Source: a bacterium (GTDB lineage Bacteria > UBA8248). Taken from it: a stretch of DNA of 64,000 bases. The stretch covers positions 1,952,001 through 2,016,000 of the forward strand of contig OZ241875.1 of NCBI GenBank assembly GCA_965203325.1, given 5' to 3'. How positions within the stretch are numbered: position 1 is the first letter of the stretch; every line of letters begins with the position of its first letter. The position numbers and the translations under genes are program-made. Of the stretch, positions 1 to 10,344 are shown in pieces. The notes beneath the pieces are model-generated. The model was not told the DNA's origin, ran no database searches, and saw only the letters and a list, made by a program, of their open reading frames with translations.

Positions 1-1253
1 GTCCCTCCAAAGAATATGTGGTCCAGCATCGGCACGGACACCACGTTGTCGATCTCGAGGCGCTCGAGGTGCCTTGCGTGGGCCATCCCTGCGGCGATGA
101 GGCCTATCGCCACGGCGGTCAGCAGGTCGACGAACACCGTGAGGCCGAGCGTCATCAGCATGACGAAGAGATGCTCGCGCCGGATGTGGCGCAAACGGGC
201 GAGGAGCCGCCAATCGACGATTTCCCAGCCCACCTTCATCAGAACGCCCGCCAAGGCGGCGAGCGGAACCGACTCGACGTAAGGCCCGAAACCCAGCAGG
301 AGCGCCAGCAGCAACACGGCGCGCATCATACCCGACACTCGGGTCTGCCCCCCCGCGCGGATGTTCGTCACCGTGCTCACGGTGGCGCCCGCGCCTGGGA
401 GTCCGCCGATGAGGCCTGCGGCCACGTTGCCGATCCCCTGCCCCACCAGTTCACGGTTCGGGTTGTGGCGCGAGCCGGTGAGCGAGTCGGCCACCAGGGC
501 GGCGAGGAGGCTGTCGATGGAACCCAGCAGGGCGAGAACGATCGCCGGCTGCAGCGCCCCCAGGAGGAAGCCGGCGGAGGGCAGTCCCAGGTGCAGTTCC
601 GGCAGGCCGGCCGGAATCCGTCCGATGGCGGGCGCCTCGTTCAGCCACAAGACGCCCAGAAGCGAGCCCACTGCGAGCGCCACCAGCGGTGGAGGCAAAA
701 ACCTCGCGAAGCGGCGCGGCCAGAAGGCGAAGGCGGCGAGCGTAGCGGTGCCGACGCCCAGGGCGTCTACGTTGATATTCCCGAGCGCCTCCGGGAGCGC
801 GCGAATCGCGCCCATGAACCCGCCCGGCGCGGGCGGCGCCCCGAGAAAGGGCAGCGCCTCGATCGCCATGATGATGACGCCGACGCCGGACATGAAGCCC
901 GAGACGACCACATAGGGCGTGTAGACTACGAAGCGGCCGGCCCCCAGCGCGCCCAGAAGCACCTGCAGAAGGCCGCCCAGAACGACGATGCTCAGCGCTT
1001 CGGTGAGATTCGTCGCGTGGGTGGTGACGATGACCGCCATGGCGACGGTTACGGAAGGCGCAGGGCCTGAAATAACCGTCCGCGTACCGCCGAAGAGCAC
1101 CGCGAAAAAACCCACCGCAATCGCGCCGTAAAGCCCCGCCGCCGCGCCCATTCCCGACGCCACGCCGAAAGAGAGCGCGAATGGCAGCGCGACCACCGTA
1201 CCGGTGAGGCCGCCGGAGACGTCCCCGCGAAGCGTCTTGAGATCGTAGTTCAA
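1..1253 (-). CDS. SulP/SLC26 family anion transporter, paralogue 1 (3' end outside window)
   Basis: Read manually from TTG at 1253: MNYDLKTLRGDVSGG..., with LGSIDSLLAALVADSL and LPGAGATVSTVTNI; colinear with the two adjacent SulP genes. Not in the ORF track because it is truncated. Confidence 0.9.
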   Translation of the reverse strand, partial: MNYDLKTLRGDVSGGLTGTVVALPFALSFGVASGMGAAAGLYGAIAVGFFAVLFGGTRTVISGPAPSVTVAMAVIVTTHATNLTEALSIVVLGGLLQVLLGALGAGRFVVYTPYVVVSGFMSGVGVIIMAIEALPFLGAPPAPGGFMGAIRALPEALGNINVDALGVGTATLAAFAFWPRRFARFLPPPLVALAVGSLLGVLWLNEAPAIGRIPAGLPELHLGLPSAGFLLGALQPAIVLALLGSIDSLLAALVADSLTGSRHNPNRELVGQGIGNVAAGLIGGLPGAGATVSTVTNIRAGGQTRVSGMMRAVLLLALLLGFGPYVESVPLAALAGVLMKVGWEIVDWRLLARLRHIRREHLFVMLMTLGLTVFVDLLTAVAIGLIAAGMAHARHLERLEIDNVVSVPMLDHIFFGG

Positions 1254-1293
1254 GTGAGGAAACCCTCTTCCATCTTAAGACACATCCACCGCC

Positions 1294-2910
1294 TCAAACC
1301 CCCACGAGGGGTTTCGCTATCTCGCGCGCCTGGTCCAGATTCTCGACGATGCGCTCCGGCGGCACCTCGCGCAGGACGTCGAGCGCGTCGAGCGTCTCCG
1401 CGACGTCGCCCGTAAGCCCGATGACGATGGACTCGGTATCTTCTTCGGTGGCGACGTCGATGAGTTGCTTGATGACCATGGCGGCGCTGTCGTCGATGTA
1501 GGTGGCTTCCGTGAAATTGAAGATGACGACCTCGTGATCCTTGATGTCGAGGCTGATCGTCCGCACCAGTTTTTTGGACGACGCGACGGTGAAGCTCCCC
1601 CGGAGCGCCACCATGCCGACGCGCGCCTCGAACGGGTCAACCCCTTCGACCTCCTCCCCTTCGTAGAGGAACATCTGGTCCAGCAGGGGTACCGAAACCA
1701 CGCTGTCGAGTTCGAGGTTCTCGAGTTGTCCCGCGTGGGCCAGACCCGCGACGATGAGGCCTATCGCCACCGCGCTGATGAGATCGACGAACACCGTGAG
1801 GCCGAGCGTCGTCAACAGGACGAAGAGGTGTTCTCGCTTGATGCGGTGCAGGCGGGTGAGGAGGCGCCAGTCGATGATGTCCCAGCCGACCTTGATCAGG
1901 ACGCCCGCGAGGGCGGCGAGCGGAATCGACTCGACGTAAGGCCCGAGACCCAGGAGGATCGCCAGCAGGAAGAGCGCGAATATCACACCCGCCGCCCGGG
2001 TCCGCCCGCCGGAGCGGATGTTGGGCACTGTATACACGGGTGTGCCCGCGCCGGGCAGCCCGCCGATCAGGCCCGCGGCCGCGTTGCCCACCCCCTGGCC
2101 GATGAGTTCGCGGTCCGGGTCGTGGCTCGTGCGGGTCAATGAGTCGGCCACGAGACCGGTGAGAAGGCTCACAACCGAGCCGATGAGGGCGAGAATGAGC
2201 GCGGGCTCCACCGCGCGCGCCAGAAAGCCGAGCGATGGAAGCCCGATCTGCAGCCCCGGCAGGCCGGTCGGCACCTCCCCGATGACGGGCGCCCCCTTCA
2301 GCCACAAGACGCCCACGAGCGTGCCGGCGAAAAGCCCCACGAGGGGCGTGGGCAGGATTTTCCGGAATCGGGGCGGCCAGAAGACCGCGACGCCGAGCGT
2401 GACGAGCCCGACGCCCAAAGCGCTCCAGTTGATTTTGGCCAGCGTCGCCGGCAGTGCGAGAATCATGCCCACGGCTCCGCCCGGCACGGGTGAGGAGCCG
2501 AAAAAGGGCAACACCTGAATCGCCATCACGAGGACGCCGATGCCAGACATGAAACCGGATACGACCACGTAGGGCGTGTAGGCTACGAAGCGGCCGAGCT
2601 TCAACACGCCCAAAAGCGCCTGCAGCAGGCCGCCCATCACGACTACCGTGAGGGCTTCGGTCAGGTTTTCCGCATAGGTGGTGATGATGACCGCCATGAC
2701 GATGGCCATCGGCGCCGTGGGGCCGGATATCTGGGTCGCCGTGCCGCCGAAGACGGCAGCGAAAAAGCCCACCGCTATCGCGCCGTAAAGCCCCGCTGCG
2801 GCCCCCATGCCCGAAGCCACGCCGTAGGCCAAGGACAACGGCAGGGCCACCACCATGGCGGTGACGCCGCCGAAAAGGTCTCCGCGAAGCGTATCGAGAT
2901 CGTATTTCAC
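1294..2910 (-). CDS. SulP/SLC26 family anion transporter with C-terminal STAS domain, paralogue 2
   Basis: 538 aa; GDLFGGVT..VVALP, GLYGAI..GFFAAVFGGT, ELIGQG motifs; STAS-like VVIFNFTEATYIDDSA. Confidence 0.95.
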   Translation of the reverse strand: MKYDLDTLRGDLFGGVTAMVVALPLSLAYGVASGMGAAAGLYGAIAVGFFAAVFGGTATQISGPTAPMAIVMAVIITTYAENLTEALTVVVMGGLLQALLGVLKLGRFVAYTPYVVVSGFMSGIGVLVMAIQVLPFFGSSPVPGGAVGMILALPATLAKINWSALGVGLVTLGVAVFWPPRFRKILPTPLVGLFAGTLVGVLWLKGAPVIGEVPTGLPGLQIGLPSLGFLARAVEPALILALIGSVVSLLTGLVADSLTRTSHDPDRELIGQGVGNAAAGLIGGLPGAGTPVYTVPNIRSGGRTRAAGVIFALFLLAILLGLGPYVESIPLAALAGVLIKVGWDIIDWRLLTRLHRIKREHLFVLLTTLGLTVFVDLISAVAIGLIVAGLAHAGQLENLELDSVVSVPLLDQMFLYEGEEVEGVDPFEARVGMVALRGSFTVASSKKLVRTISLDIKDHEVVIFNFTEATYIDDSAAMVIKQLIDVATEEDTESIVIGLTGDVAETLDALDVLREVPPERIVENLDQAREIAKPLVGV

Positions 2911-3001
2911 GCGATAATGCCCCCGCGTATTTTCCTGCCGAGAGTGCGTGCGGACGTTCGTTCACAGCATATCACACCCGCCCTGAATCGTGAGCGAGTG
3001 C

Positions 3002-3436
3002 GGGATTGTTGAAAAAGTCCCCAAAAGAGGTTGTTGCCCCTCAATCAAGAGTGTTCACCGTCATTCCGGCGAAAGCCGGAATCCATTTTTATGCCTTTTG
3101 CTTTTTCGTTTCTTCGTTCGGATGTCTTTCATCCCGAGCGGGGAGGATCGGAATCGAACACAAAAAAGAAAGGCGAATTCTCTGGATTCCGGATCCGGAC
3201 GTCGCGCAACAACAAGGTCGTGGCCGCGCTGCCTGGAGAAAAGTCAAAATGGATTCCGGCTTTCGCCGGAATGACGAACGAAAACTTCTCGGCAAACGGG
3301 AAATTGCCGTGTAGGGGTCGCATACATGCGACCCACCCCGTGGACACAAAACCAGGGCCGCATATATGCGGCCCCTACACTCCCTTCGGCAGGCCGGAGT
3401 CTCGTTGCCGTCATTGCAGGCTTTTTCAACAACCCC
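3002..3436. repeat. Composite REP-like repeat cassette
   Basis: Outer inverted pair GGGATTGTTGAAAA (3002-3015) / TTTTCAACAACCCC (3423-3436). Inner inverted pair CCGTCATTCCGGCGAAAGCCGGAATCCATTTT (3058-3089) / AAAATGGATTCCGGCTTTCGCCGGAATGACG (3246-3276). GTAG-type palindromes at 3311-3334 and 3354-3379. Confidence 0.85.
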
Positions 3437-3477
3437 GTATGCGACCCCTGCACGCAAAAGAATTTTTCCTCGCTGGA

Positions 3478-5103
3478 TTATTCATCGTTCCCCTTGAGGA
3501 GGGTTTTGGCGAATGCCCGCGCCTCGTCCCGGGTCTGGAGGAGATGACCCTCGGGTATGCTCCGCAAGATATTGAGCGTCTCAAGGGTATGGGCGACATT
3601 GCCCGCGAGGCCCATCAGGATGTATTCGGTCTGTTCCTGATCGGCGACTTCGATGAGATGCTTGATGACCATGGCGGCGCTGTCGTCGATGTAGGTGGCG
3701 CCCGAGAAATCGAAGATCACCACTTCGTGATCCTTGATGTCCGCGCCTATCATCTGGACCAGTTTATGGGAGGATGCGACGGTGAAGCTCCCCCGGAGCG
3801 CCACGAGGCCGACGCGCGCGGCGAACGGATCCACCATCTCCACGTCCGCGGATTCCGAGAAGAATATGTGATCCAGCATCGGCACGGAAACCACGCTGTC
3901 GAGTTCGAGGGTTTCCAGCTGACGCGCGTGGGTCATGCCTGCGGCGATCAGTCCTATCGCCACGGCGCTTATCAAATCGACGAACACCGTGAGGCACATC
4001 GTCATCACCATGACGACAAGGTGTTCGCGCCGGATGCGGTGAGCGATGGAGAGAAGATACCAGTCGATGATGTCCCAGCCGACCTTCATCAGGATGCCGG
4101 CGAGAGCGGCGATGGGAATCGGCTCGACATACGGCCCGAGACCCAGAACGAGCGCCAGCAGGAGCAGGGCGCGCAGCGCGCCCGCGGCCCGGGTCCGCCC
4201 GCCGGCGCGGATGTTGGTCACCGTGCCCATCGTGGCGCCCGCGCCGGGCAGCCCGCCGACGAGTCCTGCAACCATGTTGCCGATCCCCTGGCCTATGAGT
4301 TCACGGTTCGGGTTGTGGCGCGTGCCCGTCAGCGAATCGGCCACCAGAGACGTCAGGAGACTGTCTATGGAGCCCAGCAAACCGAGAATGAGCGCGGGCT
4401 TCACGGCGCGGGCCAGAAAGCCCGGGGAGGGCAGCCCGATTTGCGCCTCCGGCAGGCCGGTCGGCACCTCCCCGATGACGGGCGCGTCGCTCAGCCACGT
4501 GACGCCCAACATCGTGCCGACGACGAGCGCGACCAGGGGAGCGGGGAGAAACCGCGCGAAGCGGCGGGGCCAGAACACGCAGACGAAGAACGCCGCGGCC
4601 GCGATGCCCAAAGCGTCCGTGCTGACGTTCGCCACGGCGTCGGGCAGCGCGAGCACCGCGCCCATGGCCCCGCCCGGCGCGGGAGGAGAACCAAGAAAGG
4701 GCAGGAACTGAATCAGGATGACGATGACGCCGACGCCGGACATGAAGCCCGAGACGACCACGTAGGGCGTGTAGGTAACGAAGCGACCGACTCCCGATAC
4801 GCCCATCAGAATTTGCAGCAGGCCGCCCAACATGACCACCGTCAGGGCTTCGGTGAGATTTTCCGTGTAACCGGTGATGATGATCGCCATGACGACGGTC
4901 ATCGGCGCGGTGGGGCCGGATATCTGGGTCGCCGTGCCGCCGAAGACCGCCGCGAAAAAGCCTACCGCTATCGCGCCGTAGAGGCCCGCCGCGGCCCCCA
5001 TGCCGGACGCCACGCCGAAAGCCAGCGAAACCGGCAGGGCCACCACCATGGAGGTGACGCCGCCGAAAAGGTCTCCGCGAAGCGTATCGAGATCGTATTT
5101 CAC
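3478..5103 (-). CDS. SulP/SLC26 family anion transporter with STAS domain (BicA-like), paralogue 3
   Basis: GTG start at 5103 chosen by homology to paralogue 2 (MKYDLDTLRGDLFGG); GSIDSLLT and GATMGT motifs; STAS domain. Confidence 0.95.
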   Translation of the reverse strand: MKYDLDTLRGDLFGGVTSMVVALPVSLAFGVASGMGAAAGLYGAIAVGFFAAVFGGTATQISGPTAPMTVVMAIIITGYTENLTEALTVVMLGGLLQILMGVSGVGRFVTYTPYVVVSGFMSGVGVIVILIQFLPFLGSPPAPGGAMGAVLALPDAVANVSTDALGIAAAAFFVCVFWPRRFARFLPAPLVALVVGTMLGVTWLSDAPVIGEVPTGLPEAQIGLPSPGFLARAVKPALILGLLGSIDSLLTSLVADSLTGTRHNPNRELIGQGIGNMVAGLVGGLPGAGATMGTVTNIRAGGRTRAAGALRALLLLALVLGLGPYVEPIPIAALAGILMKVGWDIIDWYLLSIAHRIRREHLVVMVMTMCLTVFVDLISAVAIGLIAAGMTHARQLETLELDSVVSVPMLDHIFFSESADVEMVDPFAARVGLVALRGSFTVASSHKLVQMIGADIKDHEVVIFDFSGATYIDDSAAMVIKHLIEVADQEQTEYILMGLAGNVAHTLETLNILRSIPEGHLLQTRDEARAFAKTLLKGNDE

Positions 5104-5205
5104 GCGATAATGCCTCTTCGCACACTTTTCCGGGCAGCCGGCACGACGAGCGGATGTTGATTCGCGCACAGCATATCACACCCGCTTTGAATCGTGAGCG
5201 CGCGC

Positions 5206-5465
5206 GGGATTGTTGAAAAGCTCCTCGATGCGGGAAAACCACCGTCATTCCGGCGAAAGCCGGAATCCATTTTCGCCTTTGACTCATCGCCTTTCGCCCG
5301 GACGTCCTCGCTCCCGGAGGGGGAAGATACGGACACCGCCGCGTATTCACCTCATCTGTTCCGGATTCCAGCGTGGTGCTCTCTTCCACGAGTCGGAATC
5401 GAGAGCGAAAACGACAGGACGAAAAAGCGAAGTCAAAATGGATTCCGGCTTTCGCCGGAATGACG
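5206..5465. repeat. Left part of a second composite REP-like cassette
   Basis: GGGATTGTTGAAAA (5206-5219) plus the same inner inverted pair at 5242-5273 and 5435-5465. The GTAG REP and closing TTTTCAAC arm are not adjacent; they occur at 47374-47459. Confidence 0.85.
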
Positions 5466-5665
5466 AGCAAACATATAATTCAAATCGACCGGTATGTCAA
5501 TCGTTCGACTGACTACGCCTGGATGGTGCAAATAACTGATAATACTTGATTAAATAACAATCTTTTCGAATTTCCCCTCTTGCGTTTTCGTCAAACTTAT
5601 GCTTGAATACGCTCTCGTTTGACGCCGCTTGTATGCGGTTTGATTACATATTTCCTGGAGGAACC

Positions 5666-6832
5666 ATGCCGAGAAGAAGCGAGTTCAAACTCACCAAGCG
5701 CGCGGTCGACGCCCTCGCGGTCAAGGAGAAAGACGCCCTATTCTGGGACCGGGACCTGGCGGGCTTCGGGGTGCGTGTGCACGCAACGGGCCGGAAGGTC
5801 TACGTGGTGCAGTCGAGAGGACCGCGCGGGCCTGTGCGCGTGACGCTCGGGCACCACGGGGCGCTCTCGTGCGATGAGGCCAGGAAATGCGCCGCACCTG
5901 TCATCGACCGTATCAGGCGGGGCGAGGAGCCCCTGTCCGGAGAGGCGAAACCCGCGCCCACGGTGGCGGACCTGGCCGGACGCTTCATGCGCGAGTACGT
6001 CGCGAGCCGCTGCAAGCCTTCCACGGCGCCGAAGTACCGCTCCGTGCTCGACAACCATATCCTGCCGGCGCTGGGTTCGATGAACCTCGTGGACGTGGGC
6101 AAGGCGGAGGCCGCGGCGCTCCAGCACGCCCTGCGCGCGACGCCAGGGACGGCGAACGCCGCGGTGGACGTGCTCAAGCGGATGTTCGCGCTGGCCGAGG
6201 CGTGGGAACTGATGCCGCCCGGCCGGAACCCGTGCCGAAGGCTTCGCCGCTACAGGACGCGCAAGCGGGAGCGGTTCCTGACGCCTGCGGAATACCGGCG
6301 GCTGGGCCGTGTGCTCGCAGAGGCGGAAGGCGAGCTCTGGACACCCGCGCTCGGGGCGATCAGGCTCCTCCTCCTGACGGGATGCCGGCGGGACGAGGTG
6401 CTGAGCCTCAGGTGGGACGACGTGGACCGCACGGCGGGGGAATTGAGATTGAGAGACACGAAGACGGGACCGCGGATGGTTCCGCTGACGGGGCCGTTGC
6501 TCGACGCGCTTCCCCCGCGGGGGGACGGTCCCTGGGTGTTCCGCGCCCAGCGGGGCGGGGGCAGGCTCACGAACCTCTATCACTACTGGAAGCCCCTCCG
6601 GGCGCGGGCGGGGCTCGGGGACGTACGGCTCCATGACTTGCGCCATTCGTATGCGAGCCGGGCGCTCGCGCTGGGCGAGAACCTCCCGGTGATCGGGGCG
6701 CTGCTCGGACACGGCGAGGTGGCGACGACGGCGCGCTACGCGCACCTGATGCGGGATGCCGAGCGCGCGGCGGCCGCCCGTGTGGGGGAGAGCATCGGCG
6801 TCCACGTCACGAACGGGAGGGTGGAGCGATGA
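5666..6832 (+). CDS. Tyrosine recombinase/integrase 1 with N-terminal arm-binding domain
   Basis: WDRDLAGFGVRV arm domain; LLTGCRRDE, TKTG, HDLRHSYAS, LLGH, TARYAHL catalytic motifs; GGAGG RBS before ATG 5666. Confidence 0.95.
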   Translation: MPRRSEFKLTKRAVDALAVKEKDALFWDRDLAGFGVRVHATGRKVYVVQSRGPRGPVRVTLGHHGALSCDEARKCAAPVIDRIRRGEEPLSGEAKPAPTVADLAGRFMREYVASRCKPSTAPKYRSVLDNHILPALGSMNLVDVGKAEAAALQHALRATPGTANAAVDVLKRMFALAEAWELMPPGRNPCRRLRRYRTRKRERFLTPAEYRRLGRVLAEAEGELWTPALGAIRLLLLTGCRRDEVLSLRWDDVDRTAGELRLRDTKTGPRMVPLTGPLLDALPPRGDGPWVFRAQRGGGRLTNLYHYWKPLRARAGLGDVRLHDLRHSYASRALALGENLPVIGALLGHGEVATTARYAHLMRDAERAAAARVGESIGVHVTNGRVER

Positions 6833-7992
6833 CGAAGCCCGCCATGAAAACGCTTTCGAACCGGATGGTGGCGAAACTCGAGGTCCACAAGGACAAGGTG
6901 TTCTGGGACAAGGAACTCACCGGCTTCGGCGTCCGTGTCTACCCCACGGGGAGCAAGGTGTATATCGCGCAGGCGCGGGGACCCGCGGGACCGAGACGGG
7001 TGACGGTAGGCCGCCACGGCGTGATCCATTCCGAGGAGGCGAGAAGACGCGCGGCGCTCCTCATCGCGCGGATCAAGGCGGGCGGGGAGGCGGTGCCCGT
7101 GAGATCCGCCGGCGGCCCCACCGTGGCCGAACTCGCCGGGCGCTACATGGCGGAACACGTCGAGGTGAGGTGCAAGCCGCGCACGGCCGCCGCGGTCCGG
7201 GCGGCGCTGCGGGCCCACATATTGCCCGCCCTGGGGAAGATACCGCTCGCATCGCTTGAGGGGGCGCAGGTGGCGGCGCTCCACCGGGGACTCCACGAGA
7301 CGCCGGCGGCGGCCAACGCGGCGCTGCGGGTACTTTCCTCGATGTTCGAGGCGGCAGGCGACTGGGGGCTTTTGCCCGAAGGAACGAACCCGTGCCGCTC
7401 CATCGTGAAATACCCCCTTCGCAGGCGGGAGCGGTTCCTCACGGAGGCGGAGTTCGAACGCCTGGGATGCGCGCTCGACGCGCTGGAGGCGGAGGGCGGC
7501 GCGTCCGCTTGCGCCGTGGCCGCCATCAGGCTCCTGATGCTGACCGGGTGCCGGAAGTCGGAGGTCCTCGGGCTGCGCTGGGAGGACGTGGCGCTCGGGG
7601 AATCGGAACTGAGGCTGGCGGACTCGAAGACGGGCGCGCGGGTGGTCTCGCTTCCGCCGGCGGCGGCCGGACTCCTGGCCGCTCTTCCGCGTCTTCCCGG
7701 GAATCCCTGGGTCTTCCCCGGCAGGAAGCCGGGCGCGCGCCTGAGCGGGCTCGATCACGCTTGGCGAAAGGTCCGGAAGCGGGCGGGGCTCGATGACGTG
7801 CGGGTCCACGACCTGCGTCACTCCTATGCCTCAAGAGCGCTGGCGCTGGGAGAAGGACTTTCCGTTATCGCGAAGCTGCTCGGCCACTCCCACATACAGA
7901 CCACGGCGCGCTACGCGCATCTCGCGCGCGATACGGTGCGCGAGGCAGCGGAGCGGATAGCGCAGAGCATCGCTGAAGACATACTAAACTAG
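6829..7992 (+). CDS. Tyrosine recombinase/integrase 2, paralogue of integrase 1
   Basis: WDKELTGFGVRV; LTGCRKSE, SKTG, HDLRHSYAS, LLGHS, TARYAHL; ATGA overlap with integrase 1. Confidence 0.95.
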   Translation: MTKPAMKTLSNRMVAKLEVHKDKVFWDKELTGFGVRVYPTGSKVYIAQARGPAGPRRVTVGRHGVIHSEEARRRAALLIARIKAGGEAVPVRSAGGPTVAELAGRYMAEHVEVRCKPRTAAAVRAALRAHILPALGKIPLASLEGAQVAALHRGLHETPAAANAALRVLSSMFEAAGDWGLLPEGTNPCRSIVKYPLRRRERFLTEAEFERLGCALDALEAEGGASACAVAAIRLLMLTGCRKSEVLGLRWEDVALGESELRLADSKTGARVVSLPPAAAGLLAALPRLPGNPWVFPGRKPGARLSGLDHAWRKVRKRAGLDDVRVHDLRHSYASRALALGEGLSVIAKLLGHSHIQTTARYAHLARDTVREAAERIAQSIAEDILN

Positions 7993-8261
7993 GGTTGGAG
8001 ACAGGGTTGTGGCTCATGGCTTTGTCGCTCATGAAGCATTAACATTTTCGTGCTATTCGATTTCCTTGTTTCTGCCAATTCCCGCAAGGAGGGTGAACTC
8101 CAAACCCGCCGGTTGAGGTCTGGTGCCACAGCAAGGCCTTCAACTCGTCTTGCAGTACCATAATTGCGGTCGATATGTTCAGAAATAATCTATTGATGAT
8201 CCTAGAAAACAAAAGGGCGAAAACCAAAATTGCTCATAAATCGTCATCTTGCAGGCGGCTT

Positions 8262-9527
8262 CTAGGTATGATTTGAGCGGGCCTCCCCCAGCCGGAACTC
8301 CAAAACGAGCTTGATCATCGATAAGAATTCGGCGATGTTCTCGGCGCTAGGATCCATTTGATAAAGTGGGCACGAACGTTCATGATTGAGTTCGAAGCCG
8401 ACCTTACATGGTTTGGTAGTCTGCTCTAACCTGATGAATTGTTGAGGTTCGTCGCTGACCGGTGCACCTTCCTGCTCCAGTCTATCCCAATAATTAGCGA
8501 TTGAATACTCTTGCCTCGGTTGGTTTCTTGGTTCGCTCTCAAAGAAACGATGACAGTCAGCACTACACACCTCGGCCATTTCATTGGCGAGCTGGTCCAA
8601 GATCGGCATAAGCAGCATTTCGACGAGTTCGTCAGGCAGGGTTCTGCCATCACCCTCTACCACCAATTTCAATATTCGCTTAGCCACTTGCTCAGCGTCG
8701 AGAAACTGAAGTGTAGCCAATACGAGATACGCGAATGTACGGATGAGCGAAGACTCGTCGACTCCAAGATTTATTACCCGAAACCAGAGATAGCGTAAAT
8801 TGAGTAACCCTATTTCGAACGTATCGATTACTGCTTGCGATTCCGCTGCGCCAGCCCAAGGCCGCTGTTCGATGTTACCCTGTGCGAATTCATTAGCGAT
8901 CAATGCCATACGTTCCAACGGGCCGATTTCGAGGTTTTCTCGCTCAAACCAGACTTCACGCAACGTGTTGACCGGAATGTATTCGAGCCTATTCCAGAAA
9001 CGTTCTCGTAACGCTTCAAGCCGTCCAGATGTGCTCAAAGCCTCAGAAAACAGACGTAGCACTACGTCTGGATGGTGGCAAAGCAGACGTTCAAGCGTGA
9101 TGCGATCCCAGAGCCTAACTTTCGGCTGTGGGTGATTCGCCTGCCAAGTTTTCACCCAATCTCGCGTAGGGTTGGAGAAGGTAGTATTCGTCACAATTAC
9201 AATACAGGCAAGATTCCCCGATCCGGTTGCATTATTGAGCGTATTCTGAACCGCGCTGTTCTCCAGTGTGCCGCTTCGTCCTTTGCACTCGACCCACCAA
9301 CGCTGTGCCTCCATTTCTCCATCGGGAGAAGGCACATAGAAGGTAGCTTCCAAATCCCGACCACCGTCAGCCGCACCTCCGCCACTGCCACCTTTTCTCC
9401 ATTCCAGATCACGCGCGCCCATTGCGTCGAAAAGCCAATAGACACACTCTTCCAGATCGTGCGCCTTCAATTCTGAAAATGGGATTGATGTCGGCAGAAC
9501 CCAGGCAGGAGTTGTATCGCTCGTCAT
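8262..9527 (-). CDS. Mrr-like restriction endonuclease domain protein
   Basis: LEECVYWLF...GADGGRD...WWVECK...IVIVTNTTFS: PD-(D/E)xK Mrr_cat-type pattern followed by an unknown C-terminal region; lower GC than the backbone. Confidence 0.75.
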   Translation of the reverse strand: MTSDTTPAWVLPTSIPFSELKAHDLEECVYWLFDAMGARDLEWRKGGSGGGAADGGRDLEATFYVPSPDGEMEAQRWWVECKGRSGTLENSAVQNTLNNATGSGNLACIVIVTNTTFSNPTRDWVKTWQANHPQPKVRLWDRITLERLLCHHPDVVLRLFSEALSTSGRLEALRERFWNRLEYIPVNTLREVWFERENLEIGPLERMALIANEFAQGNIEQRPWAGAAESQAVIDTFEIGLLNLRYLWFRVINLGVDESSLIRTFAYLVLATLQFLDAEQVAKRILKLVVEGDGRTLPDELVEMLLMPILDQLANEMAEVCSADCHRFFESEPRNQPRQEYSIANYWDRLEQEGAPVSDEPQQFIRLEQTTKPCKVGFELNHERSCPLYQMDPSAENIAEFLSMIKLVLEFRLGEARSNHT

Positions 9528-10250
9528 TTCACTAGCATCCTAATTCAAGTTGACCTCGTTTGTGCTTTGGCTTTTGATCTTGTGTAATTCGATTCCATTA
9601 GCCGAGTTTTACTGATTACTATTTACTGAGCCATGCAAACCCTCTCAGCCATCGGATACAAAATCACTCTACCGGCTTCAAAAAGGCTTATTTTGCCCGT
9701 TACATTATATTTACTGACTACATTCAACCACCTCACCCTGAATCTTTAGTTTCATTTCAATATCGAGAGTATAACTTGACTTGCACTGCAAGCCCGTAGT
9801 TGTGCCGTATTCGGTAGGTTTCCACATCGGACGCTCCATTGTCGCCAGCCGTTGAGTCCTTCGTCAAATCGGGTTCCCGTTCCATGTCCCTTCCAAACCG
9901 CGTTGTTTCACACTGAACCCAAAGTTTGGCGTGCCGATCTGTAGTGTCCCCGAGCCAACTCCAAACAACGCTCAGAACAGAACAGGGCATCGGCCTCGTA
10001 TCGCATCGCTTCTTTTTGGTCGAAGGACCTCGCAAGATCGGCACCTGCGGTTGGGAGGGAGGACGCCTCTTCGACTAGATTGGCAAGCATAGACAGTGCC
10101 TAGAAGTTCTCTACAATAAACTCGCTCATGGATCAATTGATCTCGATAAGCAGGGCTACACGGGAGAAGCCCCGTGCCCACAGCATAATATTCCCGTTGT
10201 CTAGGCTAGCGACTATTGCCGTGCCACTTCTGCCTGCTGTGAGCTCCCGG

Positions 10251-10334
10251 GCGTCCGAACGGGAACTCTACGCCGCTAGGAGAGCCGCAGGGCTTTGCGG
10301 TCGTTGCGGAGGGCTTGTATTCGCGGGGACGTCG
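10251..10334 (+). pseudogene. Fragment of a CxxC-repeat gene homologous to 36039-36848
   Basis: Translates ASERELYAARRAAGLCGRCGGLVFAGTS versus AAERKLYAERRAGGRCGRCGAEVVDEAS in the intact gene. Confidence 0.65.
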
Positions 10335-10344
10335 GACAACTACC

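Noticed and set aside
18..5160. Long plus-strand ORFs (350 aa, 709 aa and others) over the sulP genes
   Set aside because: Antisense shadows of GC-rich coding sequence; the minus-strand frames carry the family motifs.
3058..5465. CRISPR array from the GTCATTCCGGCGAAAGCCGGAATCC repeats
   Set aside because: Copies are inverted pairs, not regularly spaced direct repeats, and there are no cas genes.
5466..5665. tRNA or tmRNA as the integration target
   Set aside because: No cloverleaf or T-loop motif recognised near either end of the element.
9560..10200. Small ORFs between the REase and NACHT genes
   Set aside because: Overlapping short frames without motifs; cannot be supported as genes.
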